In this document: positions 52,168 to 60,737 of the stretch, one piece after another
Layout of the letters: each line of letters begins with the position of its first letter
Numbering within the stretch: the first letter of the stretch is position 1
NCBI GenBank assembly: GCA_918797485.1
Contig: CAKKNE010000003.1
Span: 558,001-622,000 of the forward strand
DNA length: 64,000 nt
Direction of reading: 5' to 3'
Source of the DNA: Pelagomonas calceolata
Taxonomy: Eukaryota
The notes under the pieces: generated by a model
Seen by the model: only the letters and a program-made list of their open reading frames with translations
Told to the model about the DNA's origin: nothing
Database searches by the model: none
Translations under genes and position numbers: made by a program

Positions 52168-54049
52168 TTGTTGCCCGTCTTTGGAGTGGGCGCGTCGGAC
52201 AAGGCTGTTTATAAGCGGTTGAGGAAGCTAGAAGGTTTTGAGAAAGTGACGAGTGTCGAAGGAGCAGCAATGCGGCCGGCGGGCGCCTTAGCAGTGGCCA
52301 CATTTTCATCTTTACAAAAGGCGTCGCAAGCGTGCCAGCGGCTCGATGGTGCTACGTTAAGGGGGGTCGAAGCTCGCGTGCCGCCTCGAGGCGCACGTCG
52401 ATAGATCAAATGAACAGAAAGGTAGGTTAGTCGTGCGCAATTTGCATTTTAGGGCGTTGGAAGAGGACCTGTTGGATGCGTTCATGGCGTACGGCCCGCT
52501 GCGCGAGGCGCGCGTGCCGCGCGTCGGCGAAAAGTCGCGGGGATTTGGCTTCGTCGAGTTCTTCTGCGAGAGCGACGCGCGGCGCGCTTTGAAGGCCGCG
52601 TCTTCTGGTAAATTTGCGGTGAAGGGGCGGCCCGTGGCCGTGGACCAGGCGACGCCGAAGTCCGACCATGTCGTGGCGGCGCCCGAGCCCGCCCAGGCGT
52701 CCGAAGACGGCGCCTCGGCGTCGGGCGACGAGTCCGAGGCTGCCGAGGCGTCGGACGCCGCCGAGGAGGACAACGAAGACGCGGGTGGCGAGGAGTCTGA
52801 CGCCGCCGAGGACGACGACGACGAGGAATCGGACGACGAGGAGGCCTCGGAAGACAAGAAGCCCGACGACGTCGCCGAGGGCCGGACGCTGTTCGTCAGG
52901 AACGTGCCCTACGGCGCCACCCGAAAAGCCCTGGCCGAGCTCTTCGCGAAGAGTGGTAGTATAGAAAGCGTCCACGTCGTCAAGGACAAGGCCACGGGCC
53001 TGGGGAAAGGCTCGTGCTTCGTACGCTATTCTTCGGCGGACAGCGCGACGAACGCGACGATGGAGGCGTGGGCCCTCGACGCGCGGCCCTTGATTGTGGC
53101 TCTAGCGGTTGATCAGTCGACAGCATCGAAGCTGAGAGACGAAGTCGGCCCCGCGAAAAAACGCAAGCTCGAGCACGCGTTGGTCGGAGGCGACCGGCGC
53201 CACGTGGCTCTGAGTAGAGAGGGTCTCATCCAGAAGGGCGACCCCGCGGCCATTGGTGTTCCGGAAAACGATCTTAAGAAGAGAGAACGGGCGCGCCAGG
53301 AGGCGGCCACAAAATTGAGAAATCCATTATTCCACGTGAACCCGCAGCGGTTATCCATAAGAAACCTCGCGCCGCACGTCGACGCGGCCCTCCTGAAGGA
53401 GTTGATCGAGGCGGCCGGCGTCTCTCCGAAGGATGTGGGCGCGGTGCACGTGGCCCGGGACAAGGTGCCGACGGTGCCCGGTAAAAAGCCCAAACCCGGC
53501 AAGTCCAAGGGTTATGCGTTTGCCGAGTTTTCAAGTCATGCGTGCGCCATGCGGGTCTTGCGGTTTGCGAACAACAACCCGGAATTAGCGAGTTACTGCG
53601 TGCCCCGCGGCAAAAAAATGGGGAGTGAGGTGCCGCGGCCGATCGTGGCCTTTGTCGTCGAGGACCACCGGAAGGTGGCCCTGCGCCAGAAACGGGAGGA
53701 CGACGCGAAGGCGAAGGCGACGGCGCCGTTGGACGGGCCGTCGCGCAAGGAGCGGCGGCGGGAGAAGCGCATCGCGAACCGGCTGGAGAAGAAGCGGGCC
53801 CGGAAGGGCGCGGAAGAAGTTCCGAAGGCTCCGAGGAAGGTCGTGGACGACGGGTTGATGCGCGACCGCGCGGACGACCGCGCCGTCGAGCAGGTCTTCG
53901 ACGCCGCCGAGCGCAAGCGCGACAAGAAGCGGAGGAAGAAGAAGGCGCCGGAGCAGGACGTCGAGTACGCCTACAAGGCGCCGCAGCCGGCCTACCTCGC
54001 GTCGCTGAAGAAGGCCGTCGTCGCGGGCGAGGGCCGGTGGTTCGAGTAA
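52168..54049 (+). CDS. RBM28: nucleolar multi-RRM protein RBM28/Nop4 (5' end uncertain; frameshift near 52390)
   Basis: GRLVVRNLHF..SRGFGFV; acidic tract; GRTLFVRNVP; DRRHVALSREG; KLRNPLFHVNPQRLSIRNL; SKGYAFAEF..H. Confidence 0.85.
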
Positions 54050-54058
54050 ACAGTTGTG

Positions 54059-54478
54059 TCAGTTAGGCAGCTCCCAGCCCTCGGGGACGTCGATGCCGAG
54101 GACCTCCGCGGCGCCCGCGGCGCCCCGCACGCCGTTGACGATCGGCCCGCCGTCGGCTTTGGGGCCGGCGCCGTCGACGCGGACGTTCGGGCCCATCGTG
54201 CACTCGTCGAAGCAGCCGTGCTCCGTGTGCGACATGTCGGCGGTGAGCACCTCGACGCCGTCCGGCGCCAACGCCTCGAAGATGCGTAGCGTTTTCAAGC
54301 TACCTTTTTTCTTGCAGTGCTTTTTCGTGCATACTTCGACCCGCGCGACTGATGCGACGACGCGCCGTCGCTCGTGAAGCTGCATCGGCTGCGTTTGCAG
54401 GGCGCTCGCGGCGATAAGCACTGCCAGGAATGCGATCGCTTGGCAAGGTACGGGCAGCACCCACCATAGGAGAATCAT
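54059..54478 (-). CDS. thioredoxin-like [2Fe-2S] ferredoxin, probably plastid-targeted
   Basis: VCTKKHCKKKGS ... GCFDECTMGPNV; hydrophobic presequence ending AASA-LQ. Confidence 0.75.
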   Translation of the reverse strand: MILLWWVLPVPCQAIAFLAVLIAASALQTQPMQLHERRRVVASVARVEVCTKKHCKKKGSLKTLRIFEALAPDGVEVLTADMSHTEHGCFDECTMGPNVRVDGAGPKADGGPIVNGVRGAAGAAEVLGIDVPEGWELPN

Positions 54479-54833
54479 TTTACTGCGCTGCTGATGAAGC
54501 TCCTCTTGTCTACAACGTGAAATTTGCTGCAGTGCAGATGGATGCAAGCTGCTTCAGAGGTGTCTACGGCGTCAAATTGCACGTAGAAATGCTCGCGTCA
54601 GATGCAACACAGCACGGTGGTCGCGTATCGATCCGAGAGGCGTTCGCAAAGGTGCTACTGCCGAACCAAACACCCACTCACCACGTACCCTCGATTTATT
54701 GTCAGATCGCTAAGAAGACACACTAGAAGCCAAGTTTGCGCGCTCTTGCACGCGATCAATCCTACGTCGTCCCAAAAGGAAGTATAAGAACCACTAGTTA
54801 CATGTATGTAGGAGGAGGAGAAAGGAAGCAACC

Positions 54834-55373
54834 TCACGACCCCTTCTTGGTCTCGTCGTCGAAGGACTCGAAGCCCACGGTCCGGTTGATGCCCAGGATC
54901 CGCACCCGATGCATGCCCGGCAGTTTGGGCAGGATGCAGAGGAGCGCGTAGATGGGGACATGTATGGTCAGTGCTTGTCGCGAAAAGTCCGCCGCATTTA
55001 AATAAGCCAGCAGGACGAGCGTCGGCACGATGAGGAAGACTTTTTTGGTGGCGGACCACGACGCGCCGCCGTCGAGCTGCTCCCAGACCGTCAAATCATC
55101 GTAATCGCCCTGCGCGTGCGTGTCCGGCGAGCCCTTGGCCCAGTGGAAGAAGACGAAGGTCACGAGCGCGTGTGCCACGTTCGTCGCCGACAGGGACTGC
55201 TCGGACGTGTAGCCCGAGCCGTGGATCGCGCCGTAGACGATCAGAATGAGCATGACGTAGGTCGCCGCGAACCTTGTGGTATCGATCTGGAAGCACTCCA
55301 CCGCCACATTTCGCTTCGGGTCCGGGTCCATGCCGGAGAGGTAGTTGTCCGAGTAATTTCGTGGGACGGGCAT
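54834..55373 (-). CDS. ORMDL: ORMDL/ORM1 sphingolipid biosynthesis regulator
   Basis: FFHWAKGSP, LTVWEQLD, TKKVFLIVP and PKLPGMHRVRILGIN motifs. Confidence 0.92.
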   Translation of the reverse strand: MPVPRNYSDNYLSGMDPDPKRNVAVECFQIDTTRFAATYVMLILIVYGAIHGSGYTSEQSLSATNVAHALVTFVFFHWAKGSPDTHAQGDYDDLTVWEQLDGGASWSATKKVFLIVPTLVLLAYLNAADFSRQALTIHVPIYALLCILPKLPGMHRVRILGINRTVGFESFDDETKKGS

Positions 55374-55684
55374 CTTTCTTTGTCGGGCACCGCGGCGTCG
55401 AGCGTCGAGCGTGGGCGGCGGGCGCGCCGCGGCGGCGTCGGCGTGTCGGCGGCGCAAGGGCGGCTTTGGCGAAGCCCTGGGCCGCTTGCGGGCGGCGGAT
55501 TGACGCTGCGGCGCTGGCGGAACGCGCGGCGCTGCGCACGGCGGTGGGGCCTTTCGGGGCCTAGCCGGAAGCGGGGCGTTTCTGTACGCTTGTTATGCGT
55601 GCGGCGGCAGTATGAGACGGCCAGAACGTCTCGCGCTGCTGGATGAGCTGTTGGAGCCGCCAAAGAGAGCCGACAAAAATGGCT

Positions 55685-55710
55685 TGCTAGTGTCTATACA
55701 TGCCGCTAGC
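55685..55710. promoter_or_regulatory. conserved intergenic CTAG-pair element, copy 12
   Basis: TGCTAGTGTCTATACATGCCGCTAGC between the divergent ORMDL and MPP-alpha genes. Confidence 0.75.
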
Positions 55711-55900
55711 TGCCTTCGCTTTTGCAGGGGCCAAGCGCAGCCGCTGCGCAGCATACGTGCCCTCATTTGACGGCGAGGAGTTCTCTTGCAACGTATAACT
55801 GCGCCGCGCCAGCGATTTCGACAGGCGCCCAGCCTCTGGCCCGGGCCTCTCCCTGCCTCTGGCCCAGCGATTTCGACGCCCGGAGACGCGACGTTGCACC

Positions 55901-57379
55901 ATGCGGTCCGCCCTGCGCCGCGCGACGGCGGCGCGGCGGCGGCGCCACAAGAGCGGCATGCCCGCGGACTACGCCATGGTCCCGCCCTTTCCCCGCGGCG
56001 GCTGGAACGCGCACCAGCCGCCCTTTCCGGAGATTGCACCAACGACCCAATTGACGACGCTGCCGAGCGGCTTGCGGGTCGTCTCCCAGGAGACGCACAC
56101 CTATATGTCAGCTATCGGCGTCGTGATTTGTGGTGGAGCGGCCGACGAGAAGGCCCACCTCGGGACTGTGGGCGGCGCGCAGCTCGCGGAAGTGTGCGCG
56201 TGGCGAGGGACGAGGAACTCGTCGACGGCCGACGTGCTGAAGCGCGCGGAGGCGTGCGGGGCGTACCTGCACGCGAACGCGCAGCGCGAGCAGACGCTCT
56301 ACTGTATTGATGCTTTGCGAGATAAGCTCGAGGACGCGACGCAATTACTTGCGGAGGCGTGCCTGCTGGGTCCGGACCTCGAGGCGCCGGGCGCCATGGA
56401 CGAGGTGCGCGAGGGTATGGAGCTAGCTTTTCTGGACGCGACGCAGGACGCGCGCGTCCGGGAAAACATCCACGCCGCCGCGTACGGTTCATCGCCGTTG
56501 GGCGCGCCGCTCCTCTGCCCGCCGTCCCAGCTGCACACTTTGTCCCCAAAAACGCTCGCGGACTTCCGCGCCTTGATCACGCAGCCCCAATCGCTGGTCG
56601 TCGGGGCGGGTGTCGGCCACGACGAACTTATTGCATTGGCCGAAAAACACTTCGAGCCGCACCTGCCTCCATCAACAGCGCCACTGGCGATCACACAGTC
56701 GCCTTACGTGGGCGGGTGCGTCCTGGCCGAGGAGCGGGCCCCGACGCCGTCTGGTTATGCTGTTGAAGCCACACCTCAAGTGAGGATTGCCTGCGCCATG
56801 CGCGCGCCCGAAGGAGGGTGGCATTCGAAGGATTTGATCGCTTGTTGTGTGCTCCAAACTCTGTTGGGGGGTGGCGATTCCTTCTCCGCCGGTGGACCCG
56901 GCAAGGGAATGTACTCTCGCTTATACAGAGAGGTGCTCAACCGGTACCACTGGGTCGAGGCCTGCGAGGCCTTCGTGTCCATCCACGATCGGGAGGGGTT
57001 ATTAGGTATTGTGGGGGCGTGTGCTCCTGCAAGTGCGCATCACTTGACCGAGGTGCTCATGTCCAATCTGTTGCGGTTGGGCCAGCAGCCTGTTGAGAGA
57101 TCAGAATTGGACCGGGCCAAGAACATGCTCAAGGTCAACGTGTTGACGCAGCTCGAGTCTAGACTGGTGTTATTCGAAGATATTGCGCGGCAGGTCGCGA
57201 CTTTTGGGAGGCGCCAAACTTTGCAGGAGATGACGGCGGCCGTCGACGCCGTCACGGAGGAAGATATCTTGAGGATAGGGCAATACATGTGCGCGGCGCC
57301 TCCATCCATGGCGGCGCACGGCGAGGACCTGTCCAGGGTGCCGCCCTACGAGCAGGTGCGGTCCTGGCGGCTCCGGTAG
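55901..57379 (+). CDS. PMPCA: mitochondrial processing peptidase alpha subunit
   Basis: TTLPSGLRVVSQ; glycine-rich loop GGGDSFSAGGPGKGMYSRLY; FEDIARQ. Confidence 0.93.
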   Translation: MRSALRRATAARRRRHKSGMPADYAMVPPFPRGGWNAHQPPFPEIAPTTQLTTLPSGLRVVSQETHTYMSAIGVVICGGAADEKAHLGTVGGAQLAEVCAWRGTRNSSTADVLKRAEACGAYLHANAQREQTLYCIDALRDKLEDATQLLAEACLLGPDLEAPGAMDEVREGMELAFLDATQDARVRENIHAAAYGSSPLGAPLLCPPSQLHTLSPKTLADFRALITQPQSLVVGAGVGHDELIALAEKHFEPHLPPSTAPLAITQSPYVGGCVLAEERAPTPSGYAVEATPQVRIACAMRAPEGGWHSKDLIACCVLQTLLGGGDSFSAGGPGKGMYSRLYREVLNRYHWVEACEAFVSIHDREGLLGIVGACAPASAHHLTEVLMSNLLRLGQQPVERSELDRAKNMLKVNVLTQLESRLVLFEDIARQVATFGRRQTLQEMTAAVDAVTEEDILRIGQYMCAAPPSMAAHGEDLSRVPPYEQVRSWRLR

Positions 57380-57449
57380 TCTTAAGTGTTTAATAGCGTT
57401 AGTTAATCGATAAGTTGTGCGACGACGGCGACGTGTCGACGGCGCGTCG

Positions 57450-57794
57450 ACTAGGTCTGCTTCGGGTGGAAGCCGTGCCAGAATTTGGGGGTGACCGCGT
57501 GCTTGATCGTCAGCGCGTGGATGTAGCACGCCGTCAGCGTCAGGACGGCGGCGAGGATGCGCCCGACGACCTTGAAGAAGCGCCACGCCCGTGTCCGTAT
57601 GGATCTGGTACGTCGACATCGTCAGCGTCACCATCGGAAACACGACGCCCCACCAGTTCGGAGCGAAGGGAATGCCCGTGCCGCCGCCGAGGCCGAGGCG
57701 GCTGCTCAGCGACGAGTGGTGGAAGGACGTGGACGAGGCCAGAAAATACACCCAGACTCCGAAGCCCCACAGGAACAAGCCGATGGCGATGGCT
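57450..57794 (-). pseudogene. C-terminal fragment of a TDT/SLAC1-family anion transporter
   Basis: AIAIGLFLWGFGVW...PFAPNWWGVVFP then, after a frameshift, FFKVVGRILAAVLTL. Only about 3 TM helices; in-frame stop immediately upstream. Confidence 0.6.
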
Positions 57795-57941
57795 CAGATT
57801 GGCTTCAATGGCGCCTAAACCGCGACAGGAGCACAGGTTTCCGTTTTTCCGCTGGATGCGCGCACTCAGAGGGGCCTCTTTGATGAGCAAGGAACTCGGC
57901 GCGCCCGATCAACCGAGATCAGCGCGCTGGGAATATGGCGA

Positions 57942-57966
57942 GCTAGCGTCCAGTAAGACACTAGCA
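57942..57966. promoter_or_regulatory. conserved intergenic CTAG-pair element, copy 13
   Basis: GCTAGCGTCCAGTAAGACACTAGCA, ~115 bp upstream of ATG 58082. Confidence 0.75.
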
Positions 57967-58081
57967 AGCTGGGAGAGCCTGGTCGCAGCTCAGCCGCACG
58001 CCGGCGCAAGAGCTCCACAGTTCGATATTTCGACCGCTCGCATCTGTTTGACAACTGGCGCTGTCGCTCCCGTGAAACACA

Positions 58082-59119
58082 ATGCGGCTCGCCTCGCGCC
58101 TCGCGACGGCAATGATAGGGGCGGCCCGCGGCCTGTCCCGGTCGTCGCCGCGCATGAGTTCGCTCAGCAGCGCCCCGACCGTCGCGCTCAACGACGGCAC
58201 GAGCCACCCGCAGATCGGCTTCGGGACGTACAAGGTCGGCTTCATCCCCGCCTCCGCCTCGGCGGCCGTCGCCGGCGCCGAGGAGAGCGGCGGCGAGGTC
58301 GCCACTGCCACGGACATCGTCGGGGACGCGCTGGACGTCGGGTATAGGTTTCTGGACTGCGCGCAGTTCTACGGGAACGAGGTCCAGGTCGGCGAGGCGA
58401 TTAAAACATCAAAAATTCCCCGGTCGGACTTATACTTAGCCTCGAAGTGCTGGTCCGATGCGATATATGACGGGCCGGCCGCCGTCCGAGCGCAAGTCGA
58501 GCGGTCGCTGCGTGATTTAAACACGGAGTATCTCGATTTGTACCTGGTCCACTGGCCCGTGCCGGGGAAGCACGTCGCCGCCTACCTCGAGCTCGAGAAA
58601 TGCCAAGCGGAAGGCCTCGTGAAGTCCATCGGCGTCTCCAACTACGCCGTCGAGGACATCGAAGAGCTCCTCAGGGAGGCGTCGGTCGTCCCGGCCGTGA
58701 ACCAGATCGAGTTCAACCCCTTTTTGTATAGAAGGAAGACGCTGGACTACCTCACGAAGAAGGGCATCAAAATCCAAGCGTACCGGGCGCTGCGCGACGG
58801 CAAGGCATTCGACGACCCGACGATCAACGCCGTCGCGAGTAGGCACGGCGCGACGCCGGCCCAGGTACTGGGCGCCTGGTGCGTCGCCAAGGGCGCCATC
58901 TACATGCCCAAGTCGACGCGGCGGGAGCGCATGGTCGAGAACGCGGACGTTTTTGACCTGGCGGCGGCGCTCGACGCGGACGACTTTTCCAGGCTCGACG
59001 CGCTCACGACGCCCGAGGCCATCGCGGCGTACAAGGCCCTCTACGAGAAGTGCGTCGTCCGCGACACTCCCTTAGACGAGTCTGATCCGGGCATCAAGCG
59101 GGATATCACGGCCGGCTAG
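58082..59119 (+). CDS. aldo-keto reductase
   Basis: IGFGTY, LDCAQFYGNE, ASK, DLYLVHWP, IGVSNY, NQIE and MPKS motifs. Confidence 0.92.
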   Translation: MRLASRLATAMIGAARGLSRSSPRMSSLSSAPTVALNDGTSHPQIGFGTYKVGFIPASASAAVAGAEESGGEVATATDIVGDALDVGYRFLDCAQFYGNEVQVGEAIKTSKIPRSDLYLASKCWSDAIYDGPAAVRAQVERSLRDLNTEYLDLYLVHWPVPGKHVAAYLELEKCQAEGLVKSIGVSNYAVEDIEELLREASVVPAVNQIEFNPFLYRRKTLDYLTKKGIKIQAYRALRDGKAFDDPTINAVASRHGATPAQVLGAWCVAKGAIYMPKSTRRERMVENADVFDLAAALDADDFSRLDALTTPEAIAAYKALYEKCVVRDTPLDESDPGIKRDITAG

Positions 59120-59157
59120 TTTTAAGATTCTTAGTAACAACACATACATGGACGCCG

Positions 59158-60504
59158 TCACCCGACGACCGTCGACGGGACGTAGGCCCCGTGGCAGGGC
59201 ACGGCCGCGGCCGCGTCCGTCCGCGGCGGGTCGCGCCCGACGCAGCCGCAGGCCGTCTGGTTCGCGGAGGGCAGCCGGCAGCAGCCGTTCGTCCACCTAT
59301 CTAGATTGCGCTCCGTCTCCCAGTATAGCGATTTGCCGTCCCAGGCGCCGCCCTGCTCCGCGTCCAATTCATAAATCTGGCTCTCGAGCACGGCGTCGCG
59401 CGCGAAGGGCCGCCGGTCGAGCCGGTGGCGGAAGGCGTCGCGCACGTGGCGCTGGCCGAGGTCGAGGCGGTGGCCGCACGCGTGCTGGTCGATGACGGCG
59501 GGGTCCTTGGCCCAGGCCTGCGAGCAGCCCCAGCAATCCAAGAACTGCGGCGCGGGCGCCCGGCCTTCCACTTCGAGGAAGCGCAGCGCCGTCGGCACGC
59601 TCACCTCGTGGTGGAATTTAAACTGCGTCCCGCAGAGTTGCGCAAAGTCCGCGAAGATGGGAGACGGCAGGTAGAAGAGGTCGGCCCAGGCGGCGCAGGC
59701 CTCGGGCTCCTTCGCACGTGTCGGCGCGCTCGCGGCCCACGCGCGGCGCGCCTGGTCCTTCGCGTCGTGGCCCCACGTCCATTCTCTATCGACGTCGAGC
59801 GCCTCGCCGCCCAGGCAGTACCGCCCGAAGACCCGGAACTCGCGGACGGCGTCGTCGGGCGGGCGATTCAAACCCGCCGCGAGCGTCCACGGCCGCTTGA
59901 GATCCAACGCGCCCGCGTCGACCTGTGTGGAAATCAACCAGTGTGTCGGGTGGACTTCACAAAGTCGTTTCTCGGCGATGACGTGGCCGCGAACGCGCCG
60001 TAAATTTGATTCCACACAGGCGTCGACGCGGTGCGCGAACGACGGCGGGTCCAGCCAGAAATCTAGGTGCGCCACGACCGCGCCGGTGACGCCCCCCGTC
60101 CCGCGCCAGTGGGGCCGCAGCCACGGCGGCGGCTCGTCGCGCCTCGAAAACGTCGCGAGCTGCCCGAAGAGCTGCGCGTAGGCCGCGACGTAGGGGTCCC
60201 GGCCGGCGCCGCGGCGGGCCAAGAAGCAGGCGACCCCATACCGGTCGCAGGCGTCCTGCGAGGGCACGGTCGCCGTCGCGCCCGTCGCTTCGTGCGAGCG
60301 CCGCCGGCCCGCCGTGCCCGGCAGCACGAGGTAGGCGACGCCGCCGAACCAGCGCTCGTACCTCCTGGAAATGTAGAGGCGCTCGACGAAGGCCTGATGG
60401 CTTACGAGCAGCGTGCCGCGGAGAGTTTCGGATGCTGCAGCTGTGCTGCTGCCGGCCAGCAGAAGGAGTAGCGTGCCGCATCGATGGCGTCGAGGCTGCG
60501 GCAT
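59158..60504 (-). CDS. secreted hypothetical protein, possibly glycosyltransferase-related; in-frame introner intron 60027-59923
   Basis: Signal-like LLLLLAGSSTA; WADLFYLP...HEVSVPTAL; Cys-rich C-terminus. Confidence 0.6.
   Translation of the reverse strand: MPQPRRHRCGTLLLLLAGSSTAAASETLRGTLLVSHQAFVERLYISRRYERWFGGVAYLVLPGTAGRRRSHEATGATATVPSQDACDRYGVACFLARRGAGRDPYVAAYAQLFGQLATFSRRDEPPPWLRPHWRGTGGVTGAVVAHLDFWLDPPSFAHRVDACVESNLRRVRGHVIAEKRLCEVHPTHWLISTQVDAGALDLKRPWTLAAGLNRPPDDAVREFRVFGRYCLGGEALDVDREWTWGHDAKDQARRAWAASAPTRAKEPEACAAWADLFYLPSPIFADFAQLCGTQFKFHHEVSVPTALRFLEVEGRAPAPQFLDCWGCSQAWAKDPAVIDQHACGHRLDLGQRHVRDAFRHRLDRRPFARDAVLESQIYELDAEQGGAWDGKSLYWETERNLDRWTNGCCRLPSANQTACGCVGRDPPRTDAAAAVPCHGAYVPSTVVG
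59923..60019 (-). mobile_element. introner element (97 bp); intron 60027-59923
   Basis: TIRs CTGTGTGGAAATCAA / TTGATTCCACACAG; perfect TSD GTCGACGC (gene sense). Confidence 0.95.
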
Positions 60505-60650
60505 TGTCTCCGGTGACACTCAATAGATTAGGATGGATAACCGTTACAGCACGCAGTGCAACGGGTCTAGTCTAGCCCTTGCAAGCACAAGTAGACCCGC
60601 GGCGGCTGGTGGCTAGGCAGCCAAGCGCAAAAAGCGCAGAGGAAGGGGCA

Positions 60651-60674
60651 GCTAGCGGCCGTAAGACACTAGCA
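60651..60674. promoter_or_regulatory. conserved intergenic CTAG-pair element, copy 14
   Basis: GCTAGCGGCCGTAAGACACTAGCA, ~150 bp upstream of ATG 60504(-). Confidence 0.75.
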
Positions 60675-60737
60675 AGTCCGGGGAAGCCTCATAGTTACGT
60701 AACTAGCCTAGGCCTGTCCAATTGCACATAACAGAAC

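Noticed and set aside
29718..57600. Cluster of frameshifted genes (DEAD-box, PRODH, ankyrin, TRF-like, methyltransferase, MORN, RBM28) as programmed frameshifting, RNA editing or mass pseudogenisation
   Set aside because: The shifts are scattered small indels in GC runs of otherwise intact, often essential genes, without accumulated nonsense codons or slippery-site/pseudoknot signatures. Consensus sequencing error is the simpler explanation.
2887..60674. The recurring 24-bp motif as CRISPR repeats or as a MITE
   Set aside because: Copies are kilobases apart, not arrayed with spacers; there are no cas genes and the context is eukaryotic. No TIR/TSD or shared flanks are evident beyond a few bases.
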